Assembly: GCA_041650915.1 (NCBI GenBank) | Contig: JBAZKE010000003.1 | Location: 85,226 to 149,225 of the forward strand | Direction: 5' to 3' | Source: Patescibacteria group bacterium | GTDB lineage: Bacteria; Patescibacteriota; Patescibacteriia; UBA10025; JAHIVO01 | Length of the DNA stretch: 64,000 bases | Shown: positions 1 through 9,475 of the stretch, one piece after another | Numbering within the stretch: the stretch's first letter is position 1 | How the letters are laid out: the number at the start of each line of letters is the position of its first letter | Made by a program: the position numbers and the translations under genes | Notes under the pieces: generated by a model | Database searches by the model: none | What the model was told of the DNA's origin: nothing | What the model saw: the letters and a program-made list of their open reading frames with translations, nothing else

Positions 1-573
1 GTTATCATGGTCGGTGAGATCCGTGACAGTGAAACGGCGGAACTGGCCGTGCATGCCTCGTTGACCGGGCACCTCGTGCTCTCGACGCTTCATACCAATG
101 ATTCGTTCGGTGCGATCCCGCGCATGATCGATATGAAGATTGAGCCGTTCCTCATTACGGCGTCACTCTCCACCGTTGCGGCACAGCGCCTTGTCCGCCG
201 GCTCTGCCCATACTGCCAGGAGGAAGTGCAACTTCCGTCCGAGCTGCTCGGGCGCGTCAAGCAAATGCTCAGCACTATTCCGAAAGAAGTGATTGAGAAG
301 CGGCTCGGCAAGCCCCTCGACGAGATGCACTTCTTTGAGGGCAAGGGGTGCGTGCGGTGCGAGAATACCGGGTACAAAGGCCGTATCTTGATCGATGAAA
401 TTCTTGAGGTCGACGAAACGCTCAAGAAGATAATCGTCAGCAATCCCACGATCGACGACATACGTGCGGCAGCCGCTGATCAGCACATGATTACCATGGT
501 GCAGGACGGCATGATCAAGGCACTCGAACGGAAGACGTCCATTTCAGAGGTGATTCGGGCAACGACGGATTAA
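1..573 (+). CDS. pilB: Type II/IV secretion ATPase PilB/GspE family, C-terminal fragment (5' end cut by the window edge)
   Basis: Translation has the GspE C-terminal motifs ([27 protein letters not shown] zinc motif). It reads in frame from position 1. Confidence 0.8.
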   Translation, partial: VIMVGEIRDSETAELAVHASLTGHLVLSTLHTNDSFGAIPRMIDMKIEPFLITASLSTVAAQRLVRRLCPYCQEEVQLPSELLGRVKQMLSTIPKEVIEKRLGKPLDEMHFFEGKGCVRCENTGYKGRILIDEILEVDETLKKIIVSNPTIDDIRAAAADQHMITMVQDGMIKALERKTSISEVIRATTD

Positions 574-602
574 GCAACTCTTTTCACTAAGGATTAAACA
601 TT

Positions 603-995
603 ATGGCAGGGGAGAAGCAAAAAAAGGTTAACGTTCTGCTCGTCGAGGATGATTCTTTCCTCGCGGGCATGTACGTCACGAAGCTGGAGCTGGAGGGATT
701 TGAGGTCCGGGTTGCAGCGGACGGCGAAAAAGCGCTCAAGCTCGCAGCAGAAGCAGTGCCGGATATCGTGCTGCTCGATATTATACTGCCGAAGATGAGC
801 GGGTTTGACGTCCTCGCAGATCTCAAGCAGTCTGCCGCAACGAAGAATACGCCGGTTATCCTGCTCACGAATCTCGGGCAGCGGGATGACGTGCAGAAGG
901 GCATTGAGCTCGGAGCTGCCGACTACCTCATTAAGGCGCATTTCATGCCCTCAGAGGTGATCGACAAGATCAAGAAGGTAACCAGTTCCGCGTAA
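603..995 (+). CDS. Single-domain response regulator receiver (CheY-like), sitting between pilB and pilC
   Basis: The 130-aa translation is a receiver domain: Asp in LLVEDD and LLDIILP, Thr in LLTNLG, Lys in YLIKA. It has no output domain. Its position is PilH/PilG-like. Confidence 0.75.
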   Translation: MAGEKQKKVNVLLVEDDSFLAGMYVTKLELEGFEVRVAADGEKALKLAAEAVPDIVLLDIILPKMSGFDVLADLKQSAATKNTPVILLTNLGQRDDVQKGIELGAADYLIKAHFMPSEVIDKIKKVTSSA

Positions 996-1040
996 CGTTG
1001 CCGGTGCGGAGGCGGCCCGGAAAAACAAATATAGAAACGC

Positions 1041-2246
1041 ATGGCAAATTATTTTTATAAAGCGCGCAACAACCAGGGCGAAATGATCAGCGGTGTTGTC
1101 GTGGCGCCGACGGAAAACATTGCGTACGGCATACTGCGCGACAAGAAGCTCTTCATCGTGTCGCTCAAGGAGCGCCGGCGTCCAGCATTTCTCGCGGGAC
1201 TCAACCTGCGGGGCCGCGTCAAGTCGAGCGAGATTGTCGTCTTTTCGCGCCAGCTGTCCGTTATGATATCATCGGACGTGCCAATCGTCCGGGCGCTTCG
1301 GGTGCTCGTCCGGCAGACGACCAATAAGGAGCTCAAGTCGGTTGTTGCTGAAATATCGGATGAGGTCGACGGCGGCGCCAAGCTCTCCCAGACGCTCTCG
1401 CGGTATCCGCACGTTTTCAACAATTTTTTTGTCCAGATGGTGCGTTCTGCAGAGACAACCGGCCGGCTCGATGAGATTTTGCAGTACCTCGCTGACCAGC
1501 TCGAGAAAGATTATGACCTCAAAGCAAAAGCCCGCGGTGCGATGATCTACCCCGCGTTCATCGTCAGCGCGCTGCTCCTTGTCGGTGTCGGCATGATGAT
1601 GTTCGTACTGCCGCAAATTACCGGCATCTTCGCCGAGAGCGACGTTCCGCTGCCGATAACCACGCGGGCATTCATGGCGCTCAGCGATTTTTTGATTGGA
1701 TACTGGTGGCTGCTGATCGTGCTTGGCATCGGCGCTTTTTTTGGATTCCGCTTCATGATCAGCTCGCCGCAGGGGCGTAAGTTTTATGATCTCGCGAAGA
1801 TCCGCACCCCGATCATCGGGCCGATCTTCAACCGGCTGTACCTGACCCGTTTTTCCCGCTCACTGTCGACGCTCGTCGCCTCCGGCGTTCCGCTGACGAA
1901 ATCGCTCACTATCGTGGCTGACGTGGTCGGCAATACCCTGTACCATGACCTGACAAAAGAAACGATCAACCGCGTCGAGGGCGGCGCTTCCATAACGACG
2001 GTTTTTGTCCAGAGTAAGGACATACCGCTTATGCTGTCGCAGATGATGAGCGTCGGTGAGCAGTCCGGACAGCTCGATAAAATTCTGGGAAAGGTCGCGG
2101 ATTTTTACTCTCGGGAGCTTGAAAATTCGCTTCAGAACCTGACCGCCCTTATCGAGCCCGTTATCATGGTCGTTATCGGCATTGCCGTCGGGCTGCTCGT
2201 ATCAGCGATTATTCTGCCAATCTACAATCTGTCGAGTACAATATAA
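1041..2246 (+). CDS. pilC: Type IV pilus inner-membrane platform protein PilC/GspF
   Basis: The 401-aa translation shows the duplicated GspF-type domain, three transmembrane segments and a length typical of PilC. Confidence 0.85.
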   Translation: MANYFYKARNNQGEMISGVVVAPTENIAYGILRDKKLFIVSLKERRRPAFLAGLNLRGRVKSSEIVVFSRQLSVMISSDVPIVRALRVLVRQTTNKELKSVVAEISDEVDGGAKLSQTLSRYPHVFNNFFVQMVRSAETTGRLDEILQYLADQLEKDYDLKAKARGAMIYPAFIVSALLLVGVGMMMFVLPQITGIFAESDVPLPITTRAFMALSDFLIGYWWLLIVLGIGAFFGFRFMISSPQGRKFYDLAKIRTPIIGPIFNRLYLTRFSRSLSTLVASGVPLTKSLTIVADVVGNTLYHDLTKETINRVEGGASITTVFVQSKDIPLMLSQMMSVGEQSGQLDKILGKVADFYSRELENSLQNLTALIEPVIMVVIGIAVGLLVSAIILPIYNLSSTI

Positions 2247-2288
2247 TAATATATCCCGTGACTGGAGCACTAGAGATTGATAATTACA

Positions 2289-2317
2289 TTGACATTTCGT
2301 TAAAAATGTGATACTAT
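2289..2317 (+). promoter_or_regulatory. Sigma70-like promoter (TTGACA, 17-nt spacer, TACTAT with a TG extension) ahead of a ~250-nt AT-rich 5' leader of the major pilin gene
   Basis: The hexamers were read directly from the sequence. A long untranslated leader is typical of pilA genes. Confidence 0.4.
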
Positions 2318-2567
2318 AGTAGTATATGGTACTGATTGAAAGCTGTTTTTATTGAAATTTAAGAAAAGTCGTGCTATTCTGTATTCATCATTACCCTGTT
2401 CGTTCTTTTTAAGTTAGTCGATATCATTAACTATCCACTGGGGAGTAAACAGCGTCCTGCGGATCGTATAGTATTAGCACGGGTCAGACGGATCCGTGAT
2501 CTGTGATACGCTATATGACAGTTTGGAGGTTGAACTGCTCTCTAGTATCAGAAAGGGGGTGGAAACT

Positions 2568-3014
2568 ATGCAGAAAAAAGGTTTTACTCTTATTGAGTTA
2601 TTGGTGGTTATCGCAATTATCGGTATCTTGGCCACCATCGGTCTCGTCGCTCTGAACGGTGCGCGTGAAAAAGCGCGTGACGCAACCCGCAAGTCTGACC
2701 TTGGCCAGATCCGGACCGGACTCGTCCTGTACTCGGATGACAACGGTGGTGCGTTCCCGAATGTAACGGGTGAAACGTACGCGGTGCTTGACAGCTACCT
2801 CGTACCGACGTACATTTCGAAGGTTCCGTCTGATCCGCAGGCAACAGGCCAGTATACGTACGTAGAGTGCAATAGTGGGCTCACAACGCCGTACTACTAC
2901 CTGTATACTGAGCTCGAATCACCAGGCACTGGCGAGATTTACTGGCTCATGGGTGATGGCACAAATGATGAGCAGTATACCGGCACACTCGGCTGTACAA
3001 TGCAACCAGACTAG
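2568..3014 (+). CDS. pilA: Type IV major pilin (PilA-like) with an N-terminal prepilin cleavage/methylation motif
   Basis: Translation begins MQKKGFTLIELLVVIAIIGIL (G-1, F+1, E+5). An RBS AAAGGGGGTGG lies upstream of the ATG at 2568. The ORF-track start at 2496 is an in-frame upstream artefact. Confidence 0.85.
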   Translation: MQKKGFTLIELLVVIAIIGILATIGLVALNGAREKARDATRKSDLGQIRTGLVLYSDDNGGAFPNVTGETYAVLDSYLVPTYISKVPSDPQATGQYTYVECNSGLTTPYYYLYTELESPGTGEIYWLMGDGTNDEQYTGTLGCTMQPD

Positions 3015-3132
3015 TCAACTACCATCAGTTGAAATAAATGCAGAAAGCGCTCGATACTATTTCCGGGCGCTTTTTGTAATGTGCTGCTTCTGGTATACTT
3101 ACATGCAGATCGTAAGGCAGGATCGGGTTCTT

Positions 3133-4110
3133 ATGGAATCAGCGGATACGTGTGTCATTATACTCAATTGGAACGGGCTCAGGCACCTTGAGACCTGCTT
3201 GCGTGCGCTGGAACGGCAGAGCTACAAACGGTTTCGGACGATTCTCGTTGACAACGGTTCAAAGGACGGGTCACGAGAGTACGTCCAGAAGTGCTTCCCC
3301 GGCGTCGAGATAATCTCACTGCTCCGGAACCGAGGATTTGCGGAGGGCAACAACGTCGGCATCCGCGAAGCGCTCGCCGACAAAGGAGTCGCGTATATCG
3401 CGGTGCTCAATAATGATACGGAAGCCGACGCGCAGTGGCTGTATGAGCTCCGCGCCACTGCCAGTAAAGACGAACGCATCGGAGCCGTGAGCAGCAAGAT
3501 GCTCCGATTCGATGAGCGCACGGTGCTCGATTCAGCAGGGGACTTTTTCAAGGCGGGGACGCTCAAGGTCGTCACGAGAGGTTTCGGCAGGGAAGATAAG
3601 GGCCAGTACGACCGCGAGGAAGAGTGCTTCAGCGCGCGCGCTGGAGCCGCACTCTACCGCCGAAGCATGCTCGAGGATGTCGAGCTTGATGGAGATTTTT
3701 TCGACAGCCATTTTTTTGCATACGTCGAGGACACCGACCTGTCAGTCCGCGCTCGGCTGAAAGGCTGGAAAATAATGTATGCGCCAAAAGCTATCGTCTA
3801 CCACAAGGTGGCCGCAACGACGAGCACTATCTCATATGCTTTCAGGCGCTACCGTTCGGGCCGCAACAGGCTATTCCTGGCAATAAAAAATTATCCCCTC
3901 TCCTTGTGGCTGGGCGTTTTCCGCGGCACCGCATCGGTTGAAAAAGGCTATACCCTTGGCATTATTGGGAGCATTGCCACGTACATTCGCATCGCGTGCT
4001 CGCTTGTTTGCTCGCTGCCGCGGCTCGTACGGCAGCGGCGCGCGATCCAGCAATCCCGGGCCGTTTCAGCGGCAGCCATCGGCTCATGGCGCGAACGGTT
4101 TTCGATATAA
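3133..4110 (+). CDS. Family 2 glycosyltransferase (GT2)
   Basis: Translation contains CVIILNWNG...LVDNGSKDGS...AVLNNDTEAD, i.e. the DXD and GT-A fold motifs. The start was moved to ATG 3133 (alternative 3103) to avoid overlapping the pilin. Confidence 0.8.
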   Translation: MESADTCVIILNWNGLRHLETCLRALERQSYKRFRTILVDNGSKDGSREYVQKCFPGVEIISLLRNRGFAEGNNVGIREALADKGVAYIAVLNNDTEADAQWLYELRATASKDERIGAVSSKMLRFDERTVLDSAGDFFKAGTLKVVTRGFGREDKGQYDREEECFSARAGAALYRRSMLEDVELDGDFFDSHFFAYVEDTDLSVRARLKGWKIMYAPKAIVYHKVAATTSTISYAFRRYRSGRNRLFLAIKNYPLSLWLGVFRGTASVEKGYTLGIIGSIATYIRIACSLVCSLPRLVRQRRAIQQSRAVSAAAIGSWRERFSI

Positions 4111-4151
4111 GAATGCTACACAGCCGCCCGGCGATTTGATATACTGTACGC

Positions 4152-6146
4152 ATGCAACCCGTCGTCTTCACCGAGAGCAGCATCCGGTTCCGCCAGTATG
4201 TCGTACTGGGGATTTTTTTATTTCTCATCGTGCTCTCGTCCTTCTTCTCCGGAGAGTGGAATCGCTGGCTTCACGGCATCTTCATGGTCGTCAGCTTTCC
4301 GCTCGCCTTCTTTACCATGATGCTGCTGCGGGGAGAGCCCGATCGCAGGACGGCTGTTTCCGCTTGGAGGTCTCCTTTTTTTTATTTTTTCCTGTTCATG
4401 GCCATCGTCGCGGCCACTTCAGTTGTGTCCGTGCAGCTCTACGAGAGCATGCATCAGGCTACGCTGCTGCTGTGTTACGGTATTTTTTTCTGGGTTGCGG
4501 CGACGGTCCTTGGCAAACCGCTGTTCCTCAAGCTCACCTCAATCGTCATTTACTGTACGGGCATCATCGCAGCAATCGTCAGCTTGGTGCTGCTCATTAT
4601 CGATCCGGCACTGAGGGCGGGAGGCCTCCTCTACAATGCGAATGCGCTCGGCAGCTACCTGCTCTTCAGCCTGCTGCTTGGGATCGTTCTTGCGCTTTCA
4701 GCTGAGAAAAGGCGGAACAGGGCGCTGTTTTGGTTCGGCACGCTCGTATTACTCGGCAGCTTTTTACTGACGTTTTCTTTTACAGCCTGGGTGAGCATCG
4801 CCGTTCCGCTGGGCATTCTGGCATGGTTACAGCGAAAAAAAATTTTTACAAAAAAAGGGCTGCTCTTTTTCCTCATTGCTTTTACGGCACTCTTTACCGT
4901 TGCGGTCGGCGTACGGTACTTGAGATCAGGGAATTTTTTACACGCGCTCAAGATACATACGACAATCCCGGCCGAAGGCATTGCCGAGAGTTTTAACCAG
5001 CGCTTGAAGTTCATATCTTCGGCCGCTGAGATTTTTTATGACCACCCACTCACCGGCAGCGGGCTCGCTACGTACCAGGATGTGTATCCGCGGTACGCGG
5101 CGTCAGTTCTCGAGCAGCCGCGGTACGCGCACAACTACTACATCCAGCTCGCTGCCGAGGTCGGGTTTTTTGGGGTGCTCGCGTTTGTTGCGCTCATTAG
5201 TACGCTCCTGATCCGGTGCCGTGCGGCTGTCCGGCGCCTCGCCGGCGATTCCGCACGCTATCCCTACGCGCTCGGATTATCACTGGGGGTGCTCGCCTCG
5301 GCAATTCACGCCCTATTCGATTTTGGATGGCATTTTCCCGGCGTATTCGTACTTTTCTGGATTGCGGGCGGCATTGTGATTGCGCAGGGGGGGCAGGCCG
5401 ACGAGGGCAGGGCGCGGCATCCAGGCTCGAATCGTACTGCGGTCATTCTCTGCGTTTCCGTCGGCCTACTGCTCATGGCGCGGGGCATTACGTTAATTGC
5501 ATCAGAAGCATACTATGACAAAGCTGAGCGGCAGCGGTCGCTGGGGGGCATCAGTTATCCGCTCGAGCTGTATGCGCGCGCAGTGGCGTTTGATCCTTCG
5601 CCGACAAAGATGAAACGCCAAGCCGGCCTGCTGTATGAACAGGCAAACACGATTCCAGATTACAATCCCGGGAGTTTCTACGAGGCCGAGCGGGTGACGT
5701 TAGACGCGATGCAGTGGAGTGAGATTGATTGCTTCGGGTATAATCTTCTCGGCAGGATTTATTTTATACTCGAGGACTATGGAAGCGCTGAACGCGCTTA
5801 TCAGAAAGCGATCGAAATAAACCCGGTTTTCGAACCTGATTTTTACTATGATCTGGCCGCTCTCTACGGCAAGCAAGAAGATTATGTGGGCGCCGTAGCT
5901 ACTATTGAGAGCATACTCTCGCGGTACGGCGAAACGGTGAAGACGGCTAATCCAAAGCTGAAAACCGAGCTGTCTTTTCTCAATCTGCTCCTTGGGCAAT
6001 CCTACCGGGAACTCGGGGAGTACGACTCAGCAGAGCGTGCATTACAGCGGGCGCTCGAAATCGATTCCGCGTTTGAATTGGCAGCGCTGGAGCTCGCTGG
6101 CGTCCGGCAGGACCGGGCACGTCTAAACGGCGCCACTGATGAGTAG
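4152..6146 (+). CDS. Wzy_C / O-antigen-ligase-like polytopic membrane protein with a C-terminal TPR domain; candidate pilin O-oligosaccharyltransferase (TfpO/PglL-like)
   Basis: About 12 transmembrane helices. The Wzy_C signature RYAHNYYIQLAAEVGFFGVL is present. The C-terminal ~230 aa carry TPR-like repeats (AYQKAIEINP.., ALQRALEID). Location between two pilin genes. Confidence 0.65.
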   Translation: MQPVVFTESSIRFRQYVVLGIFLFLIVLSSFFSGEWNRWLHGIFMVVSFPLAFFTMMLLRGEPDRRTAVSAWRSPFFYFFLFMAIVAATSVVSVQLYESMHQATLLLCYGIFFWVAATVLGKPLFLKLTSIVIYCTGIIAAIVSLVLLIIDPALRAGGLLYNANALGSYLLFSLLLGIVLALSAEKRRNRALFWFGTLVLLGSFLLTFSFTAWVSIAVPLGILAWLQRKKIFTKKGLLFFLIAFTALFTVAVGVRYLRSGNFLHALKIHTTIPAEGIAESFNQRLKFISSAAEIFYDHPLTGSGLATYQDVYPRYAASVLEQPRYAHNYYIQLAAEVGFFGVLAFVALISTLLIRCRAAVRRLAGDSARYPYALGLSLGVLASAIHALFDFGWHFPGVFVLFWIAGGIVIAQGGQADEGRARHPGSNRTAVILCVSVGLLLMARGITLIASEAYYDKAERQRSLGGISYPLELYARAVAFDPSPTKMKRQAGLLYEQANTIPDYNPGSFYEAERVTLDAMQWSEIDCFGYNLLGRIYFILEDYGSAERAYQKAIEINPVFEPDFYYDLAALYGKQEDYVGAVATIESILSRYGETVKTANPKLKTELSFLNLLLGQSYRELGEYDSAERALQRALEIDSAFELAALELAGVRQDRARLNGATDE

Positions 6147-6206
6147 GGGCCTGCGGCGGTCGAATTGACTCATTGCGGGCGTGATATATACTGTACCTAT
6201 ACAGCC

Positions 6207-6710
6207 ATGGAAAACAAGCAACAGAGCGCGGTAAAATACAGGGGGTATACGCTCATTGAGCTGCTGGTAGTACTCGCGATTATTGGCATCCTCGTAACGA
6301 TCGGCCTCGTCAGCTTGCAAGGCACGCGCGAGAAAGCGCGCGACGCGCAGCGCGCAGCAGACCTGTCTCAGATGCGTCTCGGGCTCGCGCTGTACTTCCA
6401 TGACCACGAGCAGTATCCTACGCCCGCGAGCAGCAGCGGAGGCGGCCCTGATATCGGTTCCGAGCCCGCCGATGGCTCGATTTTTTCTCAGAACGGCAAT
6501 CCGCTGTACCCCGGATACGTGAGCAAAGTTTTCACCGATCCGATCAATAGCACCCAAACGGCGCTGTACTACGCGTACGATACGAATGAGAATATCAGGC
6601 ATGCAAACTACGTGCTCTGCTACCATCGAGAGGGCACTGACAAGCTCTGGTTCTATTACTACTCGACCGGCATTTACGGTGAGGGTGTCAGCTGCCCCAC
6701 GTTGCCATAA
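6207..6710 (+). CDS. Type IV pilin, second PilA paralog
   Basis: Translation MENKQQSAVKYRGYTLIELLVVLAIIGILVTIGL has the prepilin motif G|YTLIE. After it, REKARDAQRAADLSQ parallels pilin 1. Confidence 0.8.
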   Translation: MENKQQSAVKYRGYTLIELLVVLAIIGILVTIGLVSLQGTREKARDAQRAADLSQMRLGLALYFHDHEQYPTPASSSGGGPDIGSEPADGSIFSQNGNPLYPGYVSKVFTDPINSTQTALYYAYDTNENIRHANYVLCYHREGTDKLWFYYYSTGIYGEGVSCPTLP

Positions 6711-6723
6711 GAAAGAACTGCGT

Positions 6724-7146
6724 ATGCTACAAAAAAACAGGGCAGGGGTATCGATTCTCATTATTCTTATCTTTGTAGTTATTTTTGGTTTGCTCATCGG
6801 CGGGGGTTTCCTCCTCATCAACAGCGAGAAAGCAAAGACGCGTGATGCGAAGCGGCTGTCTGATATGACGAGGATTCAGGCTGCGTTTGAGTTTTTGTAT
6901 AATGATACGGCAAGCTATGAGGGGGCGGCTCTCGGGGGATGCGGCCAGCCGGGCATGCTCGTATCGCAGTGCAACCTAACCCAGTACCTTCCGACGCTGG
7001 CTGAGTTTATCGATCCGGGAACATACAGCTACACCGTCCAAAAGGCGCCCGACAGTGAGGGCTATGCTGTTTCATTTATGCTCGAAAAGAATTACGGCAG
7101 CCTCCGCGCAGGACCCCATACGCTCTCCCCGGAAGGGATCTTTTGA
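6724..7146 (+). CDS. Pilin-like small secreted protein with a hydrophobic N-terminus but no canonical G/F-x-x-x-E prepilin motif
   Basis: Translation MLQKNRAGVSILIILIFVVIFGLLIGGG..SEKAKTRDAKRLSDMTRIQAAFEFLYND mirrors the region after the N-terminus of the neighbouring pilins. There is no Glu at +5. Confidence 0.5.
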   Translation: MLQKNRAGVSILIILIFVVIFGLLIGGGFLLINSEKAKTRDAKRLSDMTRIQAAFEFLYNDTASYEGAALGGCGQPGMLVSQCNLTQYLPTLAEFIDPGTYSYTVQKAPDSEGYAVSFMLEKNYGSLRAGPHTLSPEGIF

Positions 7147-7257
7147 GCACAGGTAATTCGTGCGTTCGGTTATGCATGCAGTGGCGCACGCTTTTTTATC
7201 ATGCATGCTGCGTTTTTAAATACGGCCTCGTTCTGGTATACTATAAAATAGGTACGT

Positions 7258-8040
7258 ATGGATTTCACCTCTACACTTATTGTTTATATCGACGTATTCC
7301 TCATAGTATTGCTCGGCTTTGCCGTCGGCAGTTTTTTAAACGCCGTCATCTACCGTCTCCATGCGGGGGTGAGCTTTATGCGGGGGAGGTCGTACTGTCC
7401 CCGGTGCAAGCACGATCTCGCTGCGAAGGATTTGGTGCCGGTTGTCAGCTTTGTGCTGCTGCGCGGGAAGTGCCGGTACTGCCATAAGCCGATTTCATGG
7501 CAGTACCCCCTTGTTGAATTCAGTACGGCCGTGCTCTTCGTGCTCCTCTACGCACAGTTTGGGATCGGTGCCACTTTTTTTGTATACCTCGTCTATACCT
7601 GCTTCCTGATCGTTATTTTCGTTTACGACCTCAGGTACTACCTCATACTCGATAAGGTCAGCATTCCAGCGCTCGCGCTCGCGCTCATGCTTTCTTTAAC
7701 CGTATTGGACATCAGCATCCTGTCGGTCGTAATCGGCATGCTCATCGGAGGCGGTTTTTTCTTTTTGCAGCACGCGGTTTCGCGGGGGAAGTGGATCGGC
7801 GGCGGGGACATACGGCTCGGCATCGTCATGGGGGCCATGCTCGGGTGGGAGCACCTCCTCGTTGCGCTCTTCGGGGCGTACATCTTCGGATCCATCATCG
7901 GGATCGGGCTCGTCCTGTTCGGCAACAAGCGGTGGCGGAGCCAGGTGCCCTTCGGAACGTTTCTCACCGTAGCGACTTTCCTGACATTCCTCTGCGCCGA
8001 TCCGGTTGTGAGCATGTATAAGGATCTTTTTTTACTATGA
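7258..8040 (+). CDS. pilD: Prepilin peptidase / N-methyltransferase PilD (A24 family)
   Basis: N-terminal CPRC..CRYC zinc motif, a catalytic Asp in DLRYY, and the GGGDIRLG motif. Confidence 0.85.
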   Translation: MDFTSTLIVYIDVFLIVLLGFAVGSFLNAVIYRLHAGVSFMRGRSYCPRCKHDLAAKDLVPVVSFVLLRGKCRYCHKPISWQYPLVEFSTAVLFVLLYAQFGIGATFFVYLVYTCFLIVIFVYDLRYYLILDKVSIPALALALMLSLTVLDISILSVVIGMLIGGGFFFLQHAVSRGKWIGGGDIRLGIVMGAMLGWEHLLVALFGAYIFGSIIGIGLVLFGNKRWRSQVPFGTFLTVATFLTFLCADPVVSMYKDLFLL

Positions 8041-8744
8041 ACCTGCCCGACAAGAGAGGTTTCACGTTAACGGAATTGCTGATCGTTATTTCGATTATCG
8101 GACTGTTTAGTGCGATCGTGATGGTGAACTTCCGGCATGGCAGGGAGTCCGATGAATTCCGGCGCGTGTCGACCGAGCTGCACCAAAATTTCCGGCTTGC
8201 TCAGAATTACAGCATCGGCGGAAACAGCATCAAGTATTGTGAGCGCAGCTCGACCGACCATGAGTTCTACCCTTGCGAGGACAACTCTTACTGCAACCTC
8301 GGCGTCGGTCCGTGGGATCCCGAATATGAGTGCAAGGCAGCGGTTCCGCTCGGCGGGTACGGGATTAATGTTAGATCTACTGAGCGGTACACGCTCTTTG
8401 GAGATACGACGGCGGACCACCTGCTGACCGACAGCACGGAGGATTTCATCATCGTTGAAAATAACGTATTCACGAAGGGAGTGCACATAGAGAGTTTTCG
8501 GTTCGGTACGGCCGATCCGGCAACGCCTTCGTCCGAGAATACCCTCGATGTTACGTTTACGCCGCCCACCGGTACGATGAATTTTTACCTCAACGGGGCG
8601 GAGGCGATCGACGACGATGCAGAGCCGTACTTTACGCTCGAACTGCTCCTCGGCAGCGACTTCATTGAGGGGAGCTGCAGGAAGGTAAGTTTGCACAGGA
8701 TCTCAGGGCAGATCAGTGAAGACATGAGTTCATGCAACTGGTAA
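8037..8744 (+). CDS. Minor pilin / pseudopilin (prepilin-type N-terminus)
   Basis: Translation begins MNLPDKRGFTLTELLIVISIIGLF. The start overlaps the pilD stop (ATGA), which suggests translational coupling. Confidence 0.75.
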   Translation: MNLPDKRGFTLTELLIVISIIGLFSAIVMVNFRHGRESDEFRRVSTELHQNFRLAQNYSIGGNSIKYCERSSTDHEFYPCEDNSYCNLGVGPWDPEYECKAAVPLGGYGINVRSTERYTLFGDTTADHLLTDSTEDFIIVENNVFTKGVHIESFRFGTADPATPSSENTLDVTFTPPTGTMNFYLNGAEAIDDDAEPYFTLELLLGSDFIEGSCRKVSLHRISGQISEDMSSCNW

Positions 8745-8746
8745 CT

Positions 8747-9454
8747 ATGCACACGGCGCACCATAATCAAAGCGGGCAGACATTACTGGAGCTCATTATT
8801 GCGATTACCGTGCTCGTTGTCGCGCTCGTAGCCACGATCGTCCTGATCGTCACGAGCATCAATGCGAGCAGGGAAGCCCGCAATAAGCTCATTGCCACCA
8901 ACCTCGCACGCGAAGGCGTTGAAACCGTCCGAAACGTGCGGGATAGCAACTGGATCGATCCGACGATGCAGTGTGATGACCCGAACTGCGATAATCAAGC
9001 TGACTGCACTGACTCTGCCCAGTGCGATTCGACGTGGGGCATCAGTCAGTGGGATCGGGAGCTGCGGACTGACGACGCGGCTGCCACAATCAAGACGACC
9101 GCCATACCGGTCGTTGGCGATCCGAGCATTCATTCGCCACTCTCATTTTTACCCGATGATTTTAGCGAGACCGAATATTCGCGCTTACGGCGCACCGATG
9201 AAGGATTCTTGCAGGGAGGCGCGTCTATCGTCGGCAATTCTGAGTTCTACCGGATGCTCTACCTGTATCCGATTTGCCAGAATGCTGCCGGTGACCAGGA
9301 ATACGGCACCGATAATACGTCCGCAAACGATTGTCCCACCGCGGGGTATGCCGAGGTGGGCATACAGGTGGTCTGTGAAGTGCGATGGGGGCAGCACGAT
9401 TCGAATAAAAAGGTGATTATTGAGGATCAGCTGTACAATTGGCAAACGCTCTAA
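8747..9454 (+). CDS. Minor pilin, Cys-rich (prepilin-type N-terminus GQTLLELIIAI)
   Basis: Translation MHTAHHNQSGQTLLELIIAITVLVV. The C-terminal half is Cys-rich (QCDDPNCDNQADCTDSAQCDSTW). Confidence 0.65.
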   Translation: MHTAHHNQSGQTLLELIIAITVLVVALVATIVLIVTSINASREARNKLIATNLAREGVETVRNVRDSNWIDPTMQCDDPNCDNQADCTDSAQCDSTWGISQWDRELRTDDAAATIKTTAIPVVGDPSIHSPLSFLPDDFSETEYSRLRRTDEGFLQGGASIVGNSEFYRMLYLYPICQNAAGDQEYGTDNTSANDCPTAGYAEVGIQVVCEVRWGQHDSNKKVIIEDQLYNWQTL

Positions 9455-9475
9455 CAAGTTACTGATAAAAAGCAG

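Noticed and set aside
2496-2567. Upstream in-frame extension of the major pilin (ORF-track start 2496)
   Set aside because: The prepilin leader must be short, and the RBS and canonical MQKKGFTLIE start are at 2568.
3938-4705. 255-aa + strand ORF spanning the GT2/Wzy junction
   Set aside because: An alternative frame overlapping two well-supported genes, with an Arg/Ala-rich junk composition.
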